A stretch of DNA of 64,000 nucleotides, taken from contig CAVRCI010000014.1 of the NCBI GenBank assembly GCA_963719495.1, forward strand, positions 64,001 through 128,000, in the 5' to 3' direction. Shown piece after piece: positions 44,648 to 53,176 of the stretch (the first letter of the stretch is position 1; each line of letters starts with the position of its first letter). The translations under genes were made by a program, and so were the position numbers. A model generated the notes under the pieces. That model saw only the letters and a list, made by a program, of their open reading frames with translations, made no database searches and was not told the DNA's origin. Source of the stretch: an uncultured Verrucomicrobiae bacterium (lineage in GTDB: Bacteria > Verrucomicrobiota > Verrucomicrobiia > Chthoniobacterales > JAATET01).

Positions 44648-47605
44648 ATGAAGATCCTGATTCCCCTCGTTTACCTGGTTTGGACATTTGGTTTCGCGGG
44701 TTTTGCCGTCGCCGATTACGTGGGGGCGGAGGAGGTTCTCGAGCGGGCGGCGGCGCTGGCGGACGCGGAGGACGAGGGTGGGAAGCCGACTTCGCTGGGT
44801 GAGATTCGGGCTGAGATCGCGGCTTTGCGGGAGGTCGAGGGGGCACCGACCGATCTGGCGAAGCGGTGGATCGCGCTGAACGATGGGGCGTTGACGCTGC
44901 TGCAGTCGGGGGTGGGGAACAGTTACGAATTGCAATTCAGCGAGATCCTCGGGGCGCTGCCCGGACCGGCGGCTTGGCCGGAACTTCGTGACCTGGCGGG
45001 ACCATCCGACGAGATGAAGTTTCCGGCGAGGTTGGAGCGATTGCACCTCACGTGGCTGGCGGATCGATTACTGGGTGACTCGGCGGCGGTGGTGGCGGAC
45101 TACCGGGCTATTCTGGCGGAAGTCGAGCAATTCGGATCAAGCACGCCGATGTTCAGTCGTTATTTCGGTGACCTGGCGGAGGCGACGATGAAGGTCGCGG
45201 GGGATCCGCGGGTGGTGGCGGAGATTCTCAACGCACGGCTGGACCTCGAGATCAGGGACGCCGAGAAGGCTCCGTCGAGCTACGGATCGCGCAGCTACCG
45301 ATTGCCGCGGGATCTGGGGTTGCTGGGGGAGGCGGGGCAGCGGGCTTTTTTGGTGAAGGCTTTGACGACGTTTTCGGGGGAGTTGCAATTCGTGGGTGAC
45401 CTGACTCTTGCGCGGGAGGTGGCGCTGGAGCGGGTGGATGAATTGGCCTCGCCGCCGTGGGCGTTGGCGGTGTCGCTGCGGAGCGGTGAACTCTTCGACC
45501 AACTGATGGAGCGTTTTCCGGATTCGAGGGACGGGCGGGGTTTTTCCGAGGCTCTTGCTTACGCGATTGGGCGGGCTTTGGTGGCGGATAACGTCGAGCG
45601 GGCCTTGGAGCTGGCTAAAAATTTCGACCTCGCGGATGCGAGTTACGACCTGTGGTCGGACGTCGCGAATGCGGGTGGGGCCGGGGTGGCGTGCGAGTTT
45701 TGGAATCAGATTTTGGCGGCGGATCCGGGGGTCGATGGGTGGGATTCGTATCTGGAGGTGGCGCTGCGGGCGAACCGGACGGATGAGTTGATGACGCTGC
45801 TGGGTGCGACTCTGGCGAAGGAGGATTTGGCGGCGGACGTGCGGGCGAAGTTGGTGAAAACAGAGTTGGGGGTGACGTTGGGCGCGGACCGGGTGGAGGA
45901 TGGTGTCGAGCTGATCCGGGGGCGGCTGGCGGCGGATGGCGCGGGTCTGGAGGCGGCCAATCTCAGGGTGAAGCTGGCAACGATTGGGCGGTTGGAGGAT
46001 CGGGCGGATTGGTTCGAGGAAGGGATCGCGGCGGCGCGGGCGGCGGTCGCGGGGTTTGTCGGCGGGCCGGGGCAGTCGGAGTCGGCGGCGAGCGTGACGG
46101 CGGACATTTCGAGATTGCTGCTGGCGGCGGGTCGGGGTGAGGAGGCGGAGGCGCTGTGGATCGACGTGCTGGGTGCGACGATGGCGGGCGAGACGCAGGG
46201 GATGCTTTCCCGGTATTCGGCGCGGGGATCGGCGGAGGCGTTGGTCAATCTGGTGGGAATCTACTCCGCGGCGGGGCGTTTTGCGGACGTGATGACGCTG
46301 GTGAATTCGGCCGAGGGGTGGAACGCGCGGGACCTCGTGGAGATCGCGGATTTCGACGTTCCGACGGGCGCGCGGACTTCCGAGCCGCTGGCGGTGAGCG
46401 TGGCGCGGGCGTTGGCGGAGACGGGCCGCGAGGAGGATGCGGTGCGGGCGCTGGAGGCGCTTTTGCCGGAGTTGTCGGGGGAGGATTCGGCTTACGCGTT
46501 GTATGTGAGGTTGCGGGGGGCGGAGGCGGTGCCTTTATTGGACCGGATCGCCTCGGTGCAGGCTTACGAGGAGCGGCCTTTGATCTGGAAGGCACGAATT
46601 TTTTTGGACGAAGGGAAATTGGACGAGGCGAAGGCGGTGGCGGAAGCGGCGATTCGGATCGACCCGTCGGATGGTGAACAGGGATCGGGGGATCGGATGC
46701 GGGTGTATTCGGTGCTGGCGGACGTGGTGGCGGCGCGGGGGGACGCGGAGCGGGCGGAGTTTTTTCGCGATGTCGTGCGGAGTATTCGGTTGTCGGAGCG
46801 GGGGGATGCGTTCTGGGCGGCGGGTTTGCTGGCGACGGCGATTGGGATTTACGAGGAGTCGCTGGGCTACTTTTCCGACGCGTATTGCGTGCAGTCGCGG
46901 CTGGCGCTGCGGCTGACCGAGCAGGGCAAGTGGGAGGAGGCGGAGGAGCATTACCGGCGGGCGTATGAGCTGATGCCGGAGAGCTTCGGGCGGGTGGAGA
47001 GTCATTGCTTCGGGTGCGAGCGGGCGTTTGCGGGCGAGCGGCAGCAGACGATTGCGGAGCGGGTATTCCGCAAGCTGGCGGTCGAGCAGCCTGAGAATCC
47101 GCGGGTGCATTACCTGCTGGGATATTTGCTGCAGGAGCGGGGACTGGACGCGGAGGCGGTGAAGGAATTTCGCCGGGCCGTGGAGTTGGATCCGGAGTAT
47201 CTGAACGCGTGGAAGAAGCTCGCGGGCTCGCCGCTGTCGGCGCTCACGCCAGAGGATCGGAACGTGGTCGCGGCGAAATTGATCGAGCTGGATCCGGCGG
47301 GGACGCGTCGGCGGTTGGATCTGAGTGGGGTGACGGATCTGGCGACGGTGTGGGGATTGCTGGAGGAGGCGGAGAAGCTGGTGCCGGTGGTGCCGGAGGA
47401 ATTGCTGCCGCTGCGGGCTTCGGCCGATTCGGTGGACCGGCGGGCGGCGGAGTCGGAGGAAGTGGCGAGAGAGCTGGCGCGGCTCGAGGAGCGAGAAGAG
47501 CGGGATTTGAGTCCGGCGGGAGTTTTCGCGGATCAATCGTTTCTGGAAGCGGCCGGGGTTTGGATGCAGATGGCGGGGATGGCGAATCGTGGGGTGGTGT
47601 TCTGA
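44648..47605 (+). CDS. Large secreted tetratricopeptide repeat protein
   Basis: Signal peptide; C-terminal TPRs (PENPRVHYLLGY, AVELDPEY); ESHCFGCE motif. Confidence 0.75.
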   Translation: MKILIPLVYLVWTFGFAGFAVADYVGAEEVLERAAALADAEDEGGKPTSLGEIRAEIAALREVEGAPTDLAKRWIALNDGALTLLQSGVGNSYELQFSEILGALPGPAAWPELRDLAGPSDEMKFPARLERLHLTWLADRLLGDSAAVVADYRAILAEVEQFGSSTPMFSRYFGDLAEATMKVAGDPRVVAEILNARLDLEIRDAEKAPSSYGSRSYRLPRDLGLLGEAGQRAFLVKALTTFSGELQFVGDLTLAREVALERVDELASPPWALAVSLRSGELFDQLMERFPDSRDGRGFSEALAYAIGRALVADNVERALELAKNFDLADASYDLWSDVANAGGAGVACEFWNQILAADPGVDGWDSYLEVALRANRTDELMTLLGATLAKEDLAADVRAKLVKTELGVTLGADRVEDGVELIRGRLAADGAGLEAANLRVKLATIGRLEDRADWFEEGIAAARAAVAGFVGGPGQSESAASVTADISRLLLAAGRGEEAEALWIDVLGATMAGETQGMLSRYSARGSAEALVNLVGIYSAAGRFADVMTLVNSAEGWNARDLVEIADFDVPTGARTSEPLAVSVARALAETGREEDAVRALEALLPELSGEDSAYALYVRLRGAEAVPLLDRIASVQAYEERPLIWKARIFLDEGKLDEAKAVAEAAIRIDPSDGEQGSGDRMRVYSVLADVVAARGDAERAEFFRDVVRSIRLSERGDAFWAAGLLATAIGIYEESLGYFSDAYCVQSRLALRLTEQGKWEEAEEHYRRAYELMPESFGRVESHCFGCERAFAGERQQTIAERVFRKLAVEQPENPRVHYLLGYLLQERGLDAEAVKEFRRAVELDPEYLNAWKKLAGSPLSALTPEDRNVVAAKLIELDPAGTRRRLDLSGVTDLATVWGLLEEAEKLVPVVPEELLPLRASADSVDRRAAESEEVARELARLEEREERDLSPAGVFADQSFLEAAGVWMQMAGMANRGVVF

Positions 47606-47711
47606 TGCGGGCGGGGCGGTGGGGAGTGTCCGCTTCGCGGATTGGATGCGAGGAGCCGGGCAGGATGCCCGGCTCGACAGGCAGGATGCCTGTTTTCCCC
47701 GGGGAGGAGCG

Positions 47712-49139
47712 ATGAGGGCATTTCGGTTTTGGCTGGCGGTGGGGGCGGCGGTTTTAGTGCTCGGGGGATTGGGGTATGCGTTCGTGGATTGGTGGGGGGC
47801 GCGCGAGTGGGACCGGGTGGCGGCGAAGATGAAGGGATTGGGTGAGCCGCTGACTGTCGGAGAGATCGAGGCGGCGGCGGTCCCTGATGACGAGAATTTC
47901 GCGGCGGCACCGATCTTTGCGGAGATTTTCTCGAAGCCGGAGCAGGATTGGCGAATCTCCAAGATCGCCCGTTTCTCAGGGTCGGGGGTGGGAAAGGCAG
48001 GCGACTCGCCAATGGTGCGGGCGGCGCGGAGGGTCGACTCCGTTTTTCGAGGGACCGATGAGGAGGCGGCAAGGCTGGTCTTGGCCACAATTGATCGGGA
48101 ACGTGAAGTGTGGCGAGAGGTGCGTGAAGCCTCGCTTAGGCCGGGATTGCGCTGGCCGAACGACTACTCCGAAGGACCTGCGATGCAGTTTCCGCAGCTC
48201 GGTCCGATGCTTTCGCTAGGTCAGTCGCTGAGTGCTCGAATTAGGGCAAACTTGATTCTCAAACGATCTTCCACGGCGTTGGACGACTTACTTCTCTTGA
48301 TCGATCTAGCAGAGCGAAACCGGGAACCGCGGATCATCATCACGCATTTGGTGCAGCTTTCGATGCTCAAGATGGCACTCGATCTCGTTCGATTTGGAAT
48401 CGCCGATCGGGTCTGGTCGGCGGAGCAGTTGGGCAAAATTGCGGCGACCCTCCGGAAAATCGATCTACGACCGGACTTGCAGATGGCGTTACGGGGAGAT
48501 CGGGTGACGTTCATCGTCTTGGCAGACCGCATGGAAGGCCACGCTGCACCGGGTTCGTCGAAAAAGCTTTTCGGACGCTTGGTGACCGAAAATCACACGC
48601 TGCCAAGTCTGCTATCAAACCTCGTTCCAACGGGATTTTTTCTAAACGACAGCGCTCGCTACGTTGAGATGTATCAGGGCGTGATCGACTCTCTGGCTGC
48701 TCCTTCAAGTGTTCCGGACATCGTTGACTCCAACAAAGCAAAGTATGGTGGGGCGTCTGGGTTGGCGGCATTGGGGAAACCCATGACTGCTTCTGCGACG
48801 GAACTTCTGGAAAGGATCGCTCGGCGAATGCTTCACGTGCAAGCGACAATCGAAATGGCGGCGATTGCCTGTGACATCGAACGATTCCGAATTGGGTATG
48901 GGCGGCTGCCGCAGGGTTTGAATGAATTGGTGCCGGAATTTTTCGCAGTAGTGCCGGTGGATTCTTTGGTGGAGGAAGTCTTCCGTTTCCGGGTCGTCGA
49001 TGGCGTCGATGGAGTCGACGGCGAGGGCTATCTGCTCTACAGCGTGGGGTGGAATCAGGTGGACGATGGGGGGAGTTCGGTGCGGCCGAAGGAGCGGGCG
49101 TTCGACGAGGCGGAGGATTGGGTGTGGGGGGTGGAGTGA
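47712..49139 (+). CDS. Membrane-anchored hypothetical protein, paralog 1
   Basis: N-terminal TM, GEPL..PDDENFAAAP, C-terminal ACDIERFR..G.LP..L.ELVP...LYSVGWN..DDGG...DWVW. Confidence 0.8.
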   Translation: MRAFRFWLAVGAAVLVLGGLGYAFVDWWGAREWDRVAAKMKGLGEPLTVGEIEAAAVPDDENFAAAPIFAEIFSKPEQDWRISKIARFSGSGVGKAGDSPMVRAARRVDSVFRGTDEEAARLVLATIDREREVWREVREASLRPGLRWPNDYSEGPAMQFPQLGPMLSLGQSLSARIRANLILKRSSTALDDLLLLIDLAERNREPRIIITHLVQLSMLKMALDLVRFGIADRVWSAEQLGKIAATLRKIDLRPDLQMALRGDRVTFIVLADRMEGHAAPGSSKKLFGRLVTENHTLPSLLSNLVPTGFFLNDSARYVEMYQGVIDSLAAPSSVPDIVDSNKAKYGGASGLAALGKPMTASATELLERIARRMLHVQATIEMAAIACDIERFRIGYGRLPQGLNELVPEFFAVVPVDSLVEEVFRFRVVDGVDGVDGEGYLLYSVGWNQVDDGGSSVRPKERAFDEAEDWVWGVE

Positions 49140-49227
49140 GGGGTTTGTCCGCTTCGCGGGTTGGTGACGAGGCACCGGGCAAGGATGCCCGGCGCGACAG
49201 GCAGGAGGCCTGTTTTACCTTGGATTC

Positions 49228-50655
49228 ATGAGAAAGGTTTTTGCGGTTGGGGTCGTTTTATTGGGGCTGGGACTCGTCTCGATCGCGGGGGCTTACCTGT
49301 ACCTGGACTTCGTCGGGAAGCGGTCCTGGCGGGAATTGGAAAGTCGGTTGCGGGACCTGGGGGAACCGCTGACGGTGGCTGACATCGATCCCGGTCCGAT
49401 ATCGGACGACGAGAATCTGGCGGCGGCTCCGATTTTCGCTGAAGCGTTCGAGAAACCGTTGGGGGAGTCGCGGCTGGCGAAGATTGAAAATTTTCGCGGA
49501 GTTCGGACCGGCGGAGTTTCCGCGGTGGCCAAGCTGGCTTTGGAGATCGATCCCGCGTTCGAGGGGACGGCTCGTGAAGCGGCGGATATCGTGCTCGAGA
49601 CCGCGGCAAGTGAGGGACCGATTTGGGGGGAAGTTCGCGAAGCGGCGCGACGGCCGAGGGTTCGGTGGCCGGTTGATTTCGCGAAGGGGACCGCGATGGA
49701 CGTGCCACAGCTGGTTCCGATGCTCAAGCTGGGCCAATCGCTGAATGCGCAAGCGCGAAGTCATCTGGCGCGTGGCGAGGCGGGCCTCGCTTGGGCAGAT
49801 CTCGATTTGCTGCTGAATTTGGCGGATCGAAACCTTCATCCGCCGATTTTGATCAGCCACTTGGTTCGGATTTCGATGGTTTCGCTGGCGGTCGACGCGG
49901 TGGCGGACGGGATCGAGTTGGCGGCGTGGTCGGACGGGGAATTGGCCGCTATTACCGAGCGATTGGGGGCGTTCGATCTTGTCGGTGACCTCGTTGAAAC
50001 TCTGCGGGGCGAGCGGGTGCTTTCCCTCGTCGCAACGGACCGTCCACGAGCGGACAAACTGAGGGAGGCTGCCGCGATCCTTTTCGACGATCCGGAAATG
50101 CTACGGGCGGCGGCGGTTTTGGATTGGAATTGGGCGCGTCCGGAAGGGTTCGACTTCGAGGAGCGGGCAAGTTGGGCTGCGTTTCTTCAGGAAATGATCG
50201 AAGGGGTCGCGACCCCGTCTGACTGGCCCGAGCGGGCATCGGATTTGGAGTCGAAAATTGGCATCCGGATGGCGGATCCGATTCAGTTCTTCAGGACTCC
50301 GATCAGTCTCATCGGATCTCGGACGGGATTACCGATCGCGAAGCGGACGATGTTTTCTCAGAATCAGATCGGACTGGCGATTGTGGCTTGTGAAATCGAG
50401 CGGTATCGGCTGCGGGAGGGGCGGTTGCCGATGGAGTTGGGTGGGTTAGTGCCACGGTTTATTGCGAAGATGCCGATGGATCTGATGTCGGGAGAGGTTT
50501 TTCGGTATCGGGCCGTGGATGGCGGCGAGGGTTATCTGCTTTATGGGATCGGTTGGAATCAGCGTGACGACGGCGGGAGTGCGATGAGGCCCGCTGGGGT
50601 GGCGGCGGGCGACGGGGAAGATTGGGTGTGGGGGGTGACGGTAGAGCTTCGTTGA
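49228..50655 (+). CDS. Membrane-anchored hypothetical protein, paralog 2
   Basis: Same motifs as 47712-49139. Confidence 0.8.
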   Translation: MRKVFAVGVVLLGLGLVSIAGAYLYLDFVGKRSWRELESRLRDLGEPLTVADIDPGPISDDENLAAAPIFAEAFEKPLGESRLAKIENFRGVRTGGVSAVAKLALEIDPAFEGTAREAADIVLETAASEGPIWGEVREAARRPRVRWPVDFAKGTAMDVPQLVPMLKLGQSLNAQARSHLARGEAGLAWADLDLLLNLADRNLHPPILISHLVRISMVSLAVDAVADGIELAAWSDGELAAITERLGAFDLVGDLVETLRGERVLSLVATDRPRADKLREAAAILFDDPEMLRAAAVLDWNWARPEGFDFEERASWAAFLQEMIEGVATPSDWPERASDLESKIGIRMADPIQFFRTPISLIGSRTGLPIAKRTMFSQNQIGLAIVACEIERYRLREGRLPMELGGLVPRFIAKMPMDLMSGEVFRYRAVDGGEGYLLYGIGWNQRDDGGSAMRPAGVAAGDGEDWVWGVTVELR

Positions 50656-50663
50656 CGCGGATG

Positions 50664-50745
50664 GGGGAAGTGCCCGCTTCGCGGGTTGGGTTGGTGGTTT
50701 CGGCGGGACGCCGAAACCTGCACGCAGGGACGCGTGCGTTCCCCC
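50664..50745. repeat. Composite REP element (recG-RAYT family arm)
   Basis: gcccgcttcgcgggttgg + ttcggcgggacgccgaa + gcacgcagggacgcgtgcgttcccc. Confidence 0.75.
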
Positions 50746-50806
50746 GTTTGATAGACAAATGTTGGTCATTTTTCGTCTGGGTTGTTGAGTCCGATTCTTC
50801 TTCCCC

Positions 50807-51303
50807 GTGAATTCCCGCCAGCTTGAACGCCTTTACGATGACCACGCTTCGCGGGTCTTTGCATTTTTGGTGAACTTGACGCGGTCGGAGGCCGACGCGG
50901 CGGATCTCGTGCAGGAGGTTTTTGCGAAGGTGGCTCGGCGTCCGTTTTTTTGGTGCGGGAGCCTCGGCGGTATCTGCTGCGGGCGGCGCACAATGCGTTC
51001 GTGGATCTGGTGCGGCGCGAGAGTCGGCGGCGGGGGGCGGTGGAGGAGTTTCGGCTGGCGGGGGATTCGTTTTGGATTTGTGCGGATGAATCGGAGGATG
51101 TCGAGCGGTTGATGGAGGAGTTGGCGGGATTGCCGGAGGAGCAGCGGGCGGTGGCCCATCTCAAGATTTGGGAGGAGCTGACGTTTCGCGAGATTGCGGG
51201 GACGCTGGGGATTCCGGCGAACACGGCGGCGAGCCGGTATCGCTACGCGATAGACAAATTGCGGGGGGCGGCGCGTCTCCATTCTGAAAATGAATCCGCC
51301 TGA
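50807..51303 (+). pseudogene. ECF sigma-70 factor, frameshifted at T7 (50945-50951)
   Basis: Region 2 (LYDDHA..VF..L..DAADLVQEVF) in one frame; AHNAFVD and region 4 (LPEEQR.V..L..WEELTFREIA..LGIPANT..SRYRYA) in another. Confidence 0.85.
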
Positions 51304-51637
51304 TCCCGAGCCCGAAAAAATTATGCGCTCGGTGCGGCTGCGCGAGGCGCCGGGTAGGCTGAAGCGGCGGGTGCTGGCTGGGCGTTCGCGGGGCGGGACG
51401 GTGTTGCGGCGGGTCGAGCGGTCGGTTTGGGGGGCGGTCGGCGTGGCTTGGTTGGTGATTGTGGCTCTGAAATGGACCACGCCGGAGATGCCGCGGGTGG
51501 AGGGCGGGAGAGTCGACGTCGCGGCGACGATCCGGGGTTGGGAGGCGACGCGGCGGTTTGCGCTGACGGGGGAACTGGCACCCGAGCCACGGCGGATCGA
51601 GTTGGAAAGCTTCATTATCGTGAAACCAAAATCGTAG
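51290..51637 (+). CDS. Putative single-TM anti-sigma factor
   Basis: Overlaps the sigma stop; short basic N-terminus plus one TM (WGAVGVAWLVIVAL). Confidence 0.6.
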   Translation: MNPPDPEPEKIMRSVRLREAPGRLKRRVLAGRSRGGTVLRRVERSVWGAVGVAWLVIVALKWTTPEMPRVEGGRVDVAATIRGWEATRRFALTGELAPEPRRIELESFIIVKPKS

Positions 51638-51641
51638 AATT

Positions 51642-53030
51642 ATGAAAAAGAAATCGGTCCGAATTGGGTTGGCGCTGGTGGCGTTAGTTGTCACGGCAGT
51701 GGTGCTGGGCTACGCGGCGATCAACTGGTGGGGGGCGCGGGTGTGGGCGGAGACGGAGGCCCGGTTGACGGCGCTGGGGGAGCCGTTGACGATTGCGGAG
51801 ATCGAGGCGGAGCCGATTCCGGATGAGCTGAATTTTGCGGCGGCTCCGGTGTTTACGGAGTTGTTTGTGAAGCCGAAGGGGGATGCGCGGCTATCTAAAA
51901 TCTCGAGTTATGCCGGAGGTGGGAAGGTAGGAGATCCGCCGATGATTCGCGGTGCCAGAAGCGTTGACCCGGAGTTTTCTGGAAGCGACGGGGAGGCGGC
52001 CCGGTTGGTTCTCGATGACGCGGAATCCGTAAAATTGATTTGGGATGAGATCCGTTCGGCGTGCGAGCGACCGGGAACGGCTTGGCCCTTTGATCTGGCT
52101 GCCGGTTTTCCAATCGAATCGAGTGCCCTCAATGGCATGCTGACACTGGGGCAGTCGTTGGGCATGCAGATTCGGGCGCATTTGATCGTCGGGGACTCCG
52201 CCTCCGCGGCTCGCGATTTGGAGTTGTTGATGAATTTATCGGAGCGGGTGCGGGAGCCGAAGGTGCTCATCAATCATCTCGTCCGACTTTCAATGGTTTC
52301 GATGGTGCTTTCCGGGATTGAATCCGGGATCGAGCTGTCGGCGTGGCGTCCCGAAGACTTGGAGCGGATGGCGGCGTTGCTTGATTCGGTCGACTTGATC
52401 CATGAATTGCAAACCACATTGCGAGGGGAACGAGTTCTCATTCAGAACATTCTTTCGCAGGTCGCAGAAGACGGCTTTGGTGCCCTTCCAGGTCCGGGCG
52501 AGGGGGGGGAAGCCATCTCCGCCATGATGCGTTTTGTTCCGAAGGGGTTGATCCTTAGTGCTCGGAGGGACTCGGCGGAAGATCTGCAAGGCTTGATCGA
52601 GGCGTTGGGTGATCGCACGGCATTGGTTTCGAGCGTGAATCGGATTGAAGACCAATGGGCTCGGGAGAAGGACTCGCCGGTGAGGTTCGCCCGCCTTCCG
52701 CTTCCCGACGCTTCGCGGCCAGCCTTGGATTCAACGCTGCGTCGGTCGGTTTATTTTCAGAGTCAGGTCGAGATGACGGTTGTGGCGTGCGCCATTGAGC
52801 TGTTTCGTCTGCGAAATGGGCGCTTGCCGACGGCGTTGGATGAGCTGGCGACGGAGGTGCCGGTGGATTTTATTTCGGGGGAGGCTTTGCGGTATCGGGT
52901 CGACGGTCGGGGCGTGGGGTTCCTGCTCTACGGGGTCGGGTGGAATCTGGTGGATGACGGGGGGAGTGATGCGCGGCCTTCGCCGAAGGCTTTCGCGAAG
53001 GCCGAGGATTGGGTTTTGGGGGCGTGGTGA
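51642..53030 (+). CDS. Membrane-anchored hypothetical protein, paralog 3
   Basis: Same motifs as 47712-49139. Confidence 0.8.
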   Translation: MKKKSVRIGLALVALVVTAVVLGYAAINWWGARVWAETEARLTALGEPLTIAEIEAEPIPDELNFAAAPVFTELFVKPKGDARLSKISSYAGGGKVGDPPMIRGARSVDPEFSGSDGEAARLVLDDAESVKLIWDEIRSACERPGTAWPFDLAAGFPIESSALNGMLTLGQSLGMQIRAHLIVGDSASAARDLELLMNLSERVREPKVLINHLVRLSMVSMVLSGIESGIELSAWRPEDLERMAALLDSVDLIHELQTTLRGERVLIQNILSQVAEDGFGALPGPGEGGEAISAMMRFVPKGLILSARRDSAEDLQGLIEALGDRTALVSSVNRIEDQWAREKDSPVRFARLPLPDASRPALDSTLRRSVYFQSQVEMTVVACAIELFRLRNGRLPTALDELATEVPVDFISGEALRYRVDGRGVGFLLYGVGWNLVDDGGSDARPSPKAFAKAEDWVLGAW

Positions 53031-53033
53031 ATT

Positions 53034-53167
53034 TTCGGAGGGACGCCGAAACTCGCACGCGAGGACGCGTGCGATCCCCGATGCAATGCGGTTTGTCCGC
53101 TTCGCGGGTTTGTTGCGAGCGTCCGAGCTGGAAGCTCGGACGGGCGGGCTGGAAGCCCGCGGTCCCC
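53034..53167. repeat. REP cluster between convergent genes
   Basis: gcacgcgaggacgcgtgcgatcccc (53055-53079), gtccgcttcgcgggttt, ccgagctggaagctcgg, gcgggctggaagcccgc. Confidence 0.75.
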
Positions 53168-53176
53168 GACCGGCTT

